Translations under genes and position numbers: made by a program
Notes under the pieces: generated by a model
The model's database searches: none
Told to the model about the DNA's origin: nothing
What the model saw: the letters and a program-made list of their open reading frames with translations, nothing else
Source of the DNA: Eledone cirrhosa
Taxonomy: Eukaryota
Length of the DNA stretch: 64,000 bases
Reading direction: 5' to 3'
Assembly (NCBI GenBank): GCA_964016885.1
Contig: OZ024753.1
Location: 32,488,001-32,552,000, forward strand
Shown: positions 28,682-42,124 of the stretch, in pieces
Layout of the letters: every line of letters starts with the position of its first letter
How positions within the stretch are numbered: the first letter of the stretch is position 1

Positions 28682-30479
28682 CATCTACACTTTGGTGTAT
28701 ATATGTATGTGTATATATTACCTAAACACGTGCTTTTTATGTACATTTTTTCGCAACGCAAAAGCTGATAGTATATTGTTATAATTTTTATAAAAGAATG
28801 TCTTTACCGATGTACCTGGGATAGTCTTATGATTTGATTAGTATGGAACAAATAGTATTTGTGCCAAATACAATTGATGTTTCAAATTTCCATTTAATTT
28901 CGAGATAGCTATAGAAAATATGTTTAGCTTGTAACTGAAGTATTTCCAAACTAGTTTCCAAATGATTACCCGCGGACAATTTTAGATTTCTACTAATACT
29001 TCAATATTGTTCTATATTTCGCTACTTCGTTCCTTTTTATTTTTAGAAAGCATGCGTAGAAGTGTGTTTGCTTCTCAACCGCATTTCACCTTAGGCAAAT
29101 GTTTACTATAACGTCAGGTTGACACATGCCTCTTACGTGAAATTTGGTTGATGGGAACTTCAAAACCGCACCGTGTGTGTGTTTACAACTGTACATATAC
29201 GGCTCCAGAAAAATTGATCAATAGAATAAGTAACAGATTTGAAACAAGTAAATCGTTTTAAAGCGGTTCGTCGGTCTGGACACAGTCTGATGACTGAAAC
29301 AAACGAAAGAATTAAATTTTCTAATAACCTAAATAGAAATTATGAAAATAATGAAAGCATCAAATCGGAATGCATAACATTCCTTATGTATTTAGTAGTG
29401 ACATGTCATATATTGATAGTGATGCCAGTGTTGGTGCTGAGAGAGGAAATGTGATAAAGAGATCTAGGAATAGAAAGACCTAGGAATATCAATCACATAT
29501 CATTAAAACAAACAAAACCAATTTTCGATTTTTAATTATCTGCTTTCTAACAGAAAATAGCTATGCCTGGATATATAACTACATTTCTGGAAAGTTTATT
29601 ATGTTTGATCAGGGAGAAAATCGGTGAAGAGTTGCAATAGAAAATGAAACGGTAGGCCAAGCCTTTGGTGAACTATCTTCCTGCAAATTATAGATTAAAG
29701 AACACTGATAAGATAGTAATACGATAAAGTGGTTTCCTAAAAGCAGTACTTTTACTATATAACTCCATTGTTGCACCCATTATGTCCATGAAATGTAGAA
29801 TTTAATGAAATGAAAAGCAGAAAAACAAAAAAAGAAGGAAAATTATAAAGCTAAAAATCTACCAAAGGGTCATGATAAGCTATATTGACTTACAGAAGAT
29901 CTCGCTCTCTTCAATAAATTGCTTTCGTTGTCATTCTATATTTATCTAAAATGTTAGATTAAGTCACGTGCCAGAACAGAAAGTAGTAGGCTATGATCAG
30001 GTTTGATAGAAATATTATCTTTTTATATAATGACAGCTCGATCACTATGCTTTCAGTAATATACACTTAGAAGCCTCCGATTTTGATTTAATGAACTGGT
30101 ACGGAACTTATCGAATCTACGCTGTTACATTTAAGTCTGTGTAACATTCTATTCTGTCAGTAAATATATGTACGGACACACACACGCATAAGATCAAGTG
30201 ACAACTTCGAGTGATCAGCAGCCTTTAGACTCACCTGATCAATGAAACAATTGTTAATACTTGAAATAAAGCCCCTTGTTGTACAGCCGACGTATTCTTC
30301 AATCTTTCACTATATATATATATATATATTGTTATACTTTGGGAGGGTCATGTTGCCAATAAGAAACACACGCACCAGGGGCTTTCACTTCAATTTATTA
30401 AAATAAATTTATAAATTTAGGAATTTATAAATTTCCGGTTGGTTGGTTGGTTCCACAACCAGATGATTGTTTATATATT

Positions 30480-30522
30480 GTCAAAGTTCTTTCGTCACAC
30501 ATTCTGTGACCTCCTCAGTGAC
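30480..30522 (-). ncRNA. minimal hammerhead ribozyme
   Basis: gtca-CTGAGGA-g-gtcaca gaatg tgtgac-GAAA-gaac-TT-tgac. Confidence 0.75.
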
Positions 30523-30592
30523 TGGGGATTCTTTTCTTTGTTTTTGTGCCCCTCATTTGTTCTGTCCTACGCCATCTTGAAAAGAATCCCCA

Positions 30593-30635
30593 GTCACTGA
30601 AGAGGTCACAGAATGTGTGACGAAACAACTTTGAC
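30593..30635 (+). ncRNA. minimal hammerhead ribozyme
   Basis: gtca-CTGAAGA-g-gtcaca gaatg tgtgac-GAAA-caac-TT-tgac. Confidence 0.7.
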
Positions 30636-30836
30636 AATATATAAATACACAAACGTCTGGTTGTGGAACCAACCAACCAACCGGAAATTTATAAATTCTT
30701 AAATTTATAATAAATTGAAGTGAAACAACTGGTGCGTGTGTTTCTTATTGGCAACATGACCCTACCAAAACATAACAATATCGGTTTCAACACACGTTTT
30801 CAGATAAAGAATCTTGCTAAAACAAATTCAGAAACG

Positions 30837-30884
<48 letters not shown>

Positions 30885-31325
30885 ATACAGGCGCCGGCGC
30901 TCCTCCTGATTCAAGAAAGTAGAATATCTTTCGAGGATTTCTTTAAATAAATCTTTTTCTGCGGGGGGGGGGGGGGGGGGGGGCTTTCAATGTTTTCAAG
31001 TTTTTATAGATTTTCCCGCGTCTGAAGAGCTATCATGGATGGAATATGTATAAAGGAGTTTTAGAGAAACCTGCATCATCTGATTATGGCCTCCGATCTT
31101 TTGATAATATATATATATATGTATGTATATATATATGTATATATATATATATATATACTATCAAAAGATCTCTCTCTATATATATATTAGAAAGTGAGGT
31201 TTTTTTTACAAAATGAAAAATAACCGAGGTGTCCTACACGAGTGAAAGTATAAAGAAAAAAAAGATGAAATCGAAAATGTAACTCGAGTCTTATTTTAAA
31301 AAAAATATATATATTTATTTGGTTC

Positions 31326-31361
31326 CTTTACCGGTTTCGCAGTTCTTCTGCTTTTCAAAAG
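31326..31361 (-). ncRNA. decayed minimal hammerhead
   Basis: ctt-TTGAAAA-gcag aagaa ctgc-GAAA-ccgg-TA-aag. Two core changes; stems intact. Confidence 0.5.
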
Positions 31362-31465
31362 TAGAGTTGAGATGGAGGGTCTGTGGTTTTTCTCACATCA
31401 TATATATATATGCATATGTTTACACACAATTTCAATCCTACATACATATATACATAATAAATACA

Positions 31466-31655
31466 TACTTGTTTCTACTTTAGGCACAAGGCCAGCAATT
31501 ACCCAATGCATTACTGGTACTTTATGTTATCGACCCCGTAATGATGAAAGGCAAAGTCAACCTCGGTGGGATTTGAACTCAGATCGTAAAGGGACGTAAC
31601 TATGCTGGAAAGCATGGCGTCCGACCCTCTACTGATACTGCCAATCCACCGCCCC
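31466..31655 (-). mobile_element. SINE family B
   Basis: Colinear reverse complement of 25381-25572. Confidence 0.85.
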
Positions 31656-32644
31656 TAATAATAAATACATAATATATATTACCTAGTAAGGGAGTAAAAT
31701 AATAGAACGTTGGACATTGGAATGAGAGGGGAGTGAATAAGTTTAGCATGAGTTATACGAAGCCATTCTACTCCTGATTAAACTGTAACCAGATACCATG
31801 TTATTTATGGCCACAATCAGAGTAGCGAACAATGACCAACTACTATCACACAAACAAACATAACACATATTAAAGAAAAGCTGAAGTTAACCAAAATACC
31901 GGAATCTTACGGACGGCTTCGTTTATGTGCTTCTTGCTCCGGATGGAAAACATATATATTTGAATGCACAATAGCAATGTGTATGCATATACGCATACAG
32001 TTGTACACATGCATACGTTCATACAAGTATATATATTTAAGAACACAAACCTGTATCTGAATTAGAACCACTATTTTATACGTACTCAAACCTATCTAAA
32101 TATGTGTCGGTGTGTTGATGCCTGTGATTTTTCAGACTTAATAATTTATTAGCTCTGACGCAATAAAAAAATGATTGAAGCAAATTGCTAATCCTCCATA
32201 TAATTACATATATACATTACATAATATTTACATATGCTAAAGCTACATACATAACATTGTATGAATGCAATATATAAACATGCATACATAAAGAAACACA
32301 TGAACACGGAGAATATAATGCATTGTGTAACTTTTCACAGTGAATAATCTAATTTCCACACCTACCATGAATCGGTAAAAAAAATATAGATGTATGATAT
32401 GAAAAATCATGATATATTTCATCCGGTAGACGTGACAATAACTTACAAATATGAAGATTACATCCATAGAACTGGGTCCTTAGTTCAAATGAGGTAACCT
32501 GTTGTGAAGTTGATACGTAACTACGTTTGGAACACTATTCTCAAAGAGAGACAGTTGCATTTATATAAGACTATGTATGAACGTGACTTAAAGCGTTAAG
32601 TTGATATAAATTCTTACTATTTTATATTATTCCACACACACACA

Positions 32645-32704
<60 letters not shown>

Positions 32705-33809
32705 TGGAAGGTGGCAGGTGAAGGTGTTAAAACAGCTCAAAATACAGTAATTTATTATAATAAACAGTACAAAAGGCATGTTTCCTATTTCTCAAAACGT
32801 ATTTGATAATTACTTTAATGAATAATTTGCTTCATGCGAAATTATTATTATAATTATTATTATTATTATTATCATTATTACACACACACACACATATATA
32901 TATGTATATATATATATACAAAGAAAAAGACGTGTGTGTGTGAATGTGTACAGATATTTCGTGTCTATTTGTGTTCGTGTCTGCATGCCTTTGTTTTTCT
33001 CTCGTAATGTTGTGGTTGGAAGAATAGCAATCGTTCAATAAATAAATCGAAAAGTTAAAAAATAATTACTGGAGGTCGGTATGATTGACTTAACTCATTC
33101 AATGTGGTGCACTAGCATGGACACATTCTCGTAACAGAAACTCGTAAAAGTATAGGAATACAAACAAAGTCGATTAAGGATATTGTCAATATCATATGCA
33201 TGGTTAATTTCTATAATTATCGATAAGCTATAGTTGGCATCAAACTTCCATTTAGTGTCACACAATAAACACAAACGGATATCTGATTAGAAAAGCAAAT
33301 CACAAAAACAAAAACAAAAAAACAATGAAGAAACTAACAAAAAAATTGCCAGCAATAATCACCTATATTATAGATCAATAAACATAACCTCATAATTTAC
33401 ACACTACTTTATTTTGATTAAGGACTTCACTTTATCTGATTTTGATTACAACTCTTCTTTCTGATTTACTTCAAATGACCTATTTTTCGAAAATATTGAA
33501 AGTACGTGCTTATTAAGTCGTTAAGTGAGAACGAAAAGGAGAAATACTGTTGAAAATTAATGGAAAGATGGGAGGAGTTGATAAATTGTGATGGCTGATC
33601 AGATGATTCCATCACTATTAACTGAGAACAGGAGGGATTGGCTAGTGCGGCAAGTAACATCATATTAACTAACAAACGTCACTTTCAGAATTTACTTAGC
33701 TAGAATAAATTGAATAGACTACAATATTCCTTAAATAGAATATAAAAAGCAGAGCAAAGTTTTCAATAAGAAGATATAGGTCTATGTAGGATGTTATTAA
33801 AGGAAAATC

Positions 33810-33982
33810 TATTTATCTGTCTATACGCGACTGTTTGTGGTTTCCAAAGCACTAATGGGGTCACAACCTCAGAGGTGACACGATGGCAGTGGACAGCAAA
33901 TCTTACTCTCCTTTTAAGTACAATGACAGACATGCATGGAAGGCCGGCATATATTTCTTTCAAAGTCAGATGTCGCCAGCTT
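33810..33982 (-). mobile_element. old RTE RT C-terminal fragment
   Basis: SWRHLTLKEIYAGLP..RRVRFAVHCHR..LVLWKP parallels ELYGSIP..RRLRLAGHAHR..VLLWEP of the 6.2-kb RTE. Confidence 0.75.
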
Positions 33983-34272
33983 AATAAATATGTGTATACA
34001 CTTTTTGTGGACACCTTGTATATATATATATATGCGTGTGTATATGTATGAGTATATAATTAAATACAGGATACCTAAATATGGAATGTTACGCGATGCC
34101 CAACACAGCCCCGCCCCACAGCCCCGGCGGACAGGATGGAGAAGCCGTTCCCACGGATGTGTGTATGGTTATATATATGTGTGTGTATGTATGTGTATGT
34201 GCGTGTGTGTGTGTGTGTGTTGAACTAAACAAACTGAGTTTGTGGTAGTATGCCGAAATATATATATATATA

Positions 34273-34706
34273 ATATTAACAAATGGAAACTATATTTATA
34301 AAACCATATTTATTTCATTATACATATTTCAATATAGATCAGTTTTATAAATAAATATTGACATACCCTTAAAAATGCAACCATTACTGTTGGAAGCTCC
34401 CGGATAGACTATCCGGGAGCTTCCAACAGTAATGGTTGCATTTTTTAAGGGTATGTCAATATTTATTTATAAAACTGGTCAATATTTATTTATAAAACTG
34501 ATCTATATTATATTTTGTCTGATGAAAGCACACCATAATTTAACTTGGTGTCCTTGAAATATGTATAATGAAATAAATATGGTTTTATAAATATAGTTTC
34601 CATTTGTTAATATCGTATGTTTACTCCAAATACTTGTTGAGTGCTTTATATCAGTTATAAAAATATTTGCTTATTGTATCCCAAAAATTTAAATAGAACT
34701 TTTGCA
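34273..34706. mobile_element. palindromic HHR-bearing element, axis at 34408
   Basis: cccggatag-a-ctatccggg centre; arms extend to 34273 and 34613; 3' tail to 34706. Confidence 0.9.
34511..34575 (+). ncRNA. type-I hammerhead ribozyme
   Basis: tattttgt-CTGATGA-aagcacacca..tggtgtcctt-GAAA-tatgta-TA-atgaaata. 8-bp stem I including G-U pairs. Confidence 0.82.
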
Positions 34707-34738
34707 TATATATATATATATATATATATAAATATATA

Positions 34739-35023
34739 CAGAGTGAGGGGAGAGAAAAATAGGTAGATAGAACCCTAAAAATCGTTCGGAAGTTAGAAAC
34801 CGACCGGAAATGGAGAATAGTTCATAGCAATTGATATGAAACATATGAACATTGCATTGGGTCATGAAACTGTCGTAGTAGAATTGTAACAGCACTTTAT
34901 TTTTATATTTATTTCTGAAACTTTAGCGAGTAAACACACACATGTACAAACAATATTAACTGTATCTATTACTTAAGAGGTTAAACGGCATTCGTGAGTT
35001 AAACCAAAAGATGTATGTATATA

Positions 35024-35070
<47 letters not shown>

Positions 35071-35335
35071 TTTTGGTTTAACTCACGAATGCCGTTTAGC
35101 CTCTTAAGTAATAGATACAGTTAATATTGTTTGTACATGTGTGTGTTTACTCGCTAAAGTTTCAGATATAAATATAAAAATAAAGTGCTGTTACAATTCT
35201 ACTACGACAGTTTCATGACCCAATGTTCATATGTTTCATATCAATTGCTATGAACTATTTTCCATTTGCGGTTGGTTTCTAACATCCGAACGATTTTTAG
35301 GGTTCTATCTACCTATTTTCTCTCCCTTCACTCTG
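34739..35335. repeat. ~270-bp inverted repeat around a (TA)n loop
   Basis: 34739-35013 versus 35067-35335; the arms differ by several substitutions and a 5-nt indel. Confidence 0.95.
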
Positions 35336-35339
35336 TATA

Positions 35340-35374
<35 letters not shown>

Positions 35375-37436
35375 TGTGTGTGTGCATGTGAGAGTGTGCA
35401 TATATATATACATGCAAACGCATACATATATACACACAGAAATACTCACTGACTAACGCAAATACCTACAATATATATATATACTCTGATATCATATGCC
35501 ATTCCGTAATTGATACGCTTAATATTGTTTGTACATCTGTGTGAGTGTGTTTAGTATAGAGAATTACAAATATAAATATAATAGTTTTCATGCAGTGTGA
35601 GAATCATACTGAGTCAAATTCAAATACGGTGTTTATGTTATATCATCATACATACTGCTGTATGCTTACGTTACTGACACATACGTATGTAGTTCTCTGC
35701 CGTCAGAATATATAAGTTTGCTTATGTAATTCCTTCCTTACTATATTATTATACTCTTCGTCTCCTACCGCAGCCATATAACAATATGTATGCAGGAAAG
35801 ATATATGTAACTAAGACAGTCAATTGCCTTAACATAAACGTAACTAACTCTATAACAAACCAAATTATCAACGAACTCATGCAAAGGTAATCCATAAACC
35901 TACATTCGACACCACTCACCCATTTAAAACCATACCCTAACATACTTGTCAACACAACCACCAGCCTGCGCTAATTACTGGTATAGTAGTGAATGGCATC
36001 CTCAGACTCTTGTTGTCTTGGGTCGTAGTTTCCATTATCTGAAGCGACTGTAATCCTATTGCATAAATCAAAATTCGTCCGCATACAATCAGTATAACCA
36101 CCATAAATATTTCACGACCATATACACCCCCCAATAAATCTATCTAAACTTGATCTGATATATCATGTGCCTGTGAAAGGATATCACTATTGATGAACAA
36201 CAAACGCAGTAATATATTATTGAGCCCACAAAGGCACCCCCGCCTCAATGATTCAAACACTGTCCACTGCAGTACGTAAACTAGTAGTGGACTGCCAGAT
36301 GCAATAAGTTGCGCCACGATAAAACAGGATTCTATTTCAAAATTTGAAAAATACAAATTAAACTTCATAATAAAGTTCATATATAGCTGCGAAATTGAGA
36401 AACAACTAAACTAAGAATGCCATAAACACCAAACACGCTTTTTTCATTCATAACTTTGCTGCGTTTATGAACTAAAGAAGTAAGTAGAAATAACTATACT
36501 CTATATATTTACGTTATGTTATGTTATTATGTGCAGGTCACTCTTTTGAGTAAAACTTCAAATTTAGGTAGAGAATGCGGCAAAATATTTTTACTTGGTC
36601 TAAAACGTATCTTGACTAAAACTAGTCTGGGAATCAATGCTCTAAGTGATCGCTCGCTTTTCCTAACACATAACAGCTGAATCGTCTGGAAATAATTCTA
36701 TAATTTCTTCAAAATCAACCAAAGCACACTTTCGATAAATTTGTTCTACATATACAAATACATGAGTGTACGTGTACTAGCTGTTAGGGTGTCGGGGTTT
36801 CTAACAGAAATAGCAGCTAACATACTCATCTTTAATTCTCTGTCATAAACGTCTGCATCCCAGTAACAAACTGTTATTTGCAAGAAATCAATCAATTCTC
36901 CCTTCCTTCTTCGAAGCTAATAAATATACCAGTAATACATTGTAGTAGGCTCAACCTACTATATTGCTCTCTGATGCTAACATGTTATGTCCTTGTAATA
37001 AAGTATCGTCTGTTTTATTAGTGAAGTTTAGCACATACAAAATATTTCCGATTCTCTAAAACTTTAATCTCAATACCTAAGCGGCTGAACATTCTTCATA
37101 CTTTCTTATCTTAGACATAACGTTCTTGAATAATCAACTAGCTTTTATGAAATTGAGAAATTAATTTGAATATCTAATGCACTTATATGCTCTGATGTGC
37201 TTTTTCTCTTGCTAAAGGGCGATGTCCTGACACTCATATATTAATACGAATTAATGTTTGCAGAAATAAGTCCCCCCTCCCCCGGTTGTAGCAAAACAAC
37301 TATCAGAATATATATATATTCAAACAAAATCAAACCTACGCTAAATTTTATTTAATATTCAAAATAGACGATGTTCGTCAGATAACGGTCATATTCACAC
37401 TTATGACCATGTTCGTGTTATTATTTACTTATTTCT

Positions 37437-37552
37437 TGAGTTCAAATCTCGCCGATGTTAACTTTGCCTTTCATCCTTACGGGGTCGATAAAATAAAGTA
37501 CCAGTAATGCACTGGGTAATTGCTGGCCTTGTGCCAAAAGTAGAAACAATTA
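37437..37552 (+). mobile_element. SINE family B, 5'-truncated
   Basis: Matches the 3' half of 25381-25572. Confidence 0.85.
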
Positions 37553-38084
37553 TTTACTTATTTCTCACTCTAACATTCAAATATAAAGTAAACAGTGATA
37601 TCTATACATACATTAATGAACAACTAAATAGATGAATAAATAAATATGTAGATTAAAGTCAAGATTCTTTTGACAAGTACACTTTCACACATGTTTCAAC
37701 TCTCTCTCATACACACACACACATACATATATAGGTATACATATTAGCTGTAGCACCCTGCCTAGCTCGGGGTATAGATGACCCTGCATCAATATATCAG
37801 TTGAAATAGATTTATATTCAGAACTGTGCGTGTGTGTGTAATACTTTGGCAATTAGATAGGAAAATGAAGCAATAGATTGAAAAATGTACTGGCATCAAC
37901 ATGATAGTAAAATCACTTTAAGATGCACTTCTATGACCATCGCTCTGTCGAAGAGAGAAACCAAATCTGTGAAAGATCTGATCTATTTATGTTTGCTTAT
38001 TTGTTTCGTTGACTGTTTGTGTATGGAACTAAAACATCACAGCTCCTGCCACACCTCAAACATGAACAGTAAGCATATGTATTA

Positions 38085-38228
38085 CCCCAGTGCATTGATG
38101 GTGCCTTATTTTATCGACCCCGTAAGGATGAAAGGCAAAGTTAACCTCGGTGGGATTTGAACTCAGACCGTAAAGGGGCGTAACTCTAAGCTGCAAAGCA
38201 TGAGACTGGCCCTCTACCGATACGGCGA
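38085..38228 (-). mobile_element. SINE family B
   Basis: ttttatcgaccccgtaaggatgaaaggcaaagttaacctcgg..gatttgaactcag. Confidence 0.8.
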
Positions 38229-38252
38229 ACCCACAACGGACGCATAATACAT

Positions 38253-38326
<74 letters not shown>

Positions 38327-38355
38327 ATATTTTCGAAACAGCGTGTGGGTTCGAG

Positions 38356-38591
38356 ATTATTAGAAATATAAGCTATCGTCGTATTTTGACTAAAGAAATT
38401 AAAGAAATTATTTAGCCTGATAGTGGGGTTAAGAACCCTCGGAGAAATGGAAATAGATGAGTATTGACGTACATGTACGTCAATACTCATTTTTTTCCAT
38501 TTCTCCGAGGGTTTTTAACCCCACTATCAGGCTAAATAATTTCTTTAATTTCTTTAGTCAAAATACGGCGATAGCTTACATTTCTAATAAT
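38356..38591. repeat. spacer-less ~118-bp-arm palindrome
   Basis: Centre gacgtaca|tgtacgtc at 38473/38474; few mismatches. Confidence 0.95.
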
Positions 38592-38658
38592 ATATATATA
38601 TATATATATGCGGTGCCCCAGCATGGCCTCAGCCGGATGGCTGAAACAGGTAAAAGAG

Positions 38659-38732
<74 letters not shown>

Positions 38733-39521
38733 GCCAGTACAGTATAACACACATTTAAAAGGTCGTATGCATATGCATCTTCACATTCAATGATTGTACG
38801 TGTATAACATATATAATTGATATTATAACCTCATATTTATATACGTCTAATTTTAAATCTTTTATCAGCTGACAATTCTATTACAGATTTCTTTCAAAAT
38901 GCTGACAGATATTACATTTCTAAAGAAATCAATGTTGTCAGCTTATGTAATATATTATCCAGATATTTTCTCTATTTTAAATCCAGCGTTGAAATTTTAA
39001 TTTACCATTATCGTGGTGTTACAAAAATAAATTAAAGAAATTACAAATTAAAAAGAAATCAATAAAATAAAACGAAACAAAAAAGAATTTACATGTAAAT
39101 TTCGATTCTCGTTAACCGTATGTATGGAGAAAAATCTGAACTCGTGTTCGGTTAATTTCTTAAGAAGGCGGCGGCGGAGATGATACCAGGCGTGTTTGTG
39201 GGTGGGGATAAGAGTTTATGTATTTAATATTAAAAAACCTGAATCAAAGATGAAGTCGGAATTAATGAAAACATAAAATAAAAAAAAACAAAAACAATAT
39301 GCTATGAAAAGTTCTGCCTATTTGGAAAGATAAAGACAAAAATCAATAGAAATTAGCATGTGTTCAGTAATTTATTAAAATATGTTTAGTAATACGGTGA
39401 AGAGGTAGATTAATGTAAGACTATATTACTATTTCATGTCTAACATTTATATAATCGAAGAATATTTAATCGAAGCTTACCCACTTACAATCACACGCAT
39501 GTGTGTGTATGTATGAATGTA

Positions 39522-39553
<32 letters not shown>

Positions 39554-41636
39554 GAGATAGAGAGAAAGAGAGAGGGGGGGGGGAGAAATGTGTATGTGTG
39601 TGTACGCGTGTGCATGCAGTACTTAGGTATTTTTCGTTATATTGTTAAGACGGGGAAAATATGTTCCGCAGGTGAAATCCAACGAACAATAATTATCAGA
39701 ATGTTGTTATTGCTGTTGGAGTTGGAATTAGATTTTGTTGTTTATCCTTAATTTAATCACAATTAAACAGAATTATTATGGAGAATGTGCACAGACTACT
39801 GATCAGAATAACGGACCAGCGACCACATTATCCTCGTTTCGATTTCCAAACCGAAAACAGCGCGTTTTGTCGTTGAGCAAGATGCTTCATGTTTCATTAC
39901 ACTTGTTCACTCACCGGAAATATATGCGTACAAGCAGCAGTAGCTGGAAATGTGGTGATCGTGGTGTTGTTCTTGTTGGTGGCGTTAGATCTTCGATGGA
40001 CTTCCATTCCGTCCACAGTGAAGTATGATCCTGACTCCAGGATAAGGTCCGGCCTGATGAGCTTTTGGGCTTGGGATAGACAAACTTAAGAAAAGAATCA
40101 CCATTCATATCAATGACATCCTGTTTTCAGGCACGTTATAATCCAATGACAGGCATCAACCTTTAGCACCTGATTGATTCGGAGAGGGGGGGGGGGGCAG
40201 AATAATAGAGAGGGAGAGAAGTAGAAAGAATCTTAGAACCTGGACGAGTATTTTATTGACTTTGACGGACGCAGAGTGTCAAAATGAAACGACTCTTCCA
40301 TTTCACGACCCTACAACCCGAGACTTTAAAGACGACAAGGTGTAACCCGTGGTATATTTGACTGCCCTTTATACCAAATAAAGATCCTCCAGATATTTCT
40401 TTCATTAGTGCGAGATTTATTTTTTGTTTAGCCATATGTTGCTTGGATGTCACGAGGAGTATTTTATTAGCGAAAGGAAAATCTGCTCACGTATTGCATT
40501 TCATTGTTTTAAATTCCCTTATGGCTAATTATTTAGATGTGTGTTTAAAAGAAAAGTATCATTGATATCTCATCACGGGTTAATTCCTTTAAAATCTCAA
40601 GCCTTCTGAAACGGCTTTTGTCAACAGATAGTAACAGATAAAGTAAACAAGGGTTAACCACAACAATTTCTTGGAAGAATACAATCCTTTTTCCCCCTTT
40701 CATGCTTTCACTCTTCTCTATCTTAAGAAAGGGCTTATAATGAAACATTGAAATGAATTTTTTTTTTTTCCATATAGCATAATACAATAACCTTGCTTTT
40801 ATTTCTTATATAATATTTTCTCAATACACCATTGTTTGTATGATACCCCCTGCACATACAGTTATTTGATGGAAACAAATATAATAAACGATGCAAGATA
40901 ACAACATAAACAATGGATTAGAGTGTGTGAAAAATGTTATATGAAACATGAAATTTGAAAATAAAAACAATTATACCATAAACCTTATTTTATTTTTGAA
41001 GATTTAATTAACAGGAAATCTTTTTTCGTGACGAACATTCACTGGATGTATCACGACTGATACAAACCTGCTTCTTAGTATTAAAGTTTAAGCATGTTTT
41101 TCTAGTGTTTATGAACAATGCCACCTACATAACGGTTGCTGATCTGATTTTAGGTGGATGATATATGTAAAAAATAGAATATAAAAGAGAGACTGAATCG
41201 AACAATAACTTCAATAAAAGAATCACCTAAAGTCGTGACTAGGAATCTCATATCAGTTGAGGAAAGGTCATGAAAATGAATTTAAATAAGTCAAAATTGA
41301 TTATAGAATTATGATATTAATTAGAAAATGCTGCATTACAACCAAAGGAATAAGTATAACATTATACAACACTGGTGAAAAGGCGAGATTATCAATCTTT
41401 AGCAGTTAGTACTGAAATTAATAGCACGGTGTACTACAGGGGAGTTAAGACAACTTTACACTGACTGAATAATGAATTAAATACTAAGACAATATGCTGA
41501 AATATTTATCTAAGTAAGGCAGAGCAAGGAAAAGCTACCATATTTGTGATGTAAAAGAGTATTATTTGACTATATTTTGTAGCGTTCTTTATCAGATAGT
41601 TTTACCAGTATAATATACATATGCACATATGACTAT

Positions 41637-41870
41637 TTCTCTTCTTCTTCGCCCACTTATTCCTGGGAGTGTCATGGGAGCAGACTCCTAAATCACTCCT
41701 TCCATTGGGTCCCTTCAGAAGCAACCCTCTCCGTTTGATCCGGCTGGATCCCCAAGCGAGACCAGCTGAGCTCATTGTTGTTATCCAAGCATCTTTCTCG
41801 GGACCTACCCCTGGCTCTCCTACTGGTTGGTTCTGCCAGTATGTTCTGTCCATGATTCTTTACTGAGATA
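41637..41870 (-). mobile_element. RTE 3'-end fragment
   Basis: ILAEPTSRRARGRSRERCLD..LSWSRLGIQP..VASE..QW followed by a gaagaagaag tail. Confidence 0.7.
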
Positions 41871-41933
41871 TTATAACCACATGCCTATAATATTGGACAT
41901 TTGATCTTTCATATCTATATATGTCTCACAGCT

Positions 41934-42033
<100 letters not shown>

Positions 42034-42092
42034 CTGTGTATGTATGTGTGTGTGTATGTGTGTGTGTGTGTGTATATATACACACACACGCG

Positions 42093-42124
<32 letters not shown>

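Larger units (their letters stand above)
30328..30840. mobile_element. foldback HHR-bearing element (arms ~30328-30535 / 30580-30780, plus 3' tail)
   Basis: Inverted arms with several substitutions; same family as 5393-5684; TA flanks. Confidence 0.9.

Noticed and set aside
31015-31080. CTGAAGA-gcta...tag-a-GAAA candidate HHR
   Set aside because: Stem I and the UH site do not form.
40048-40095. CTGATGAG motif
   Set aside because: No hammerhead stems; it lies in a candidate exon.
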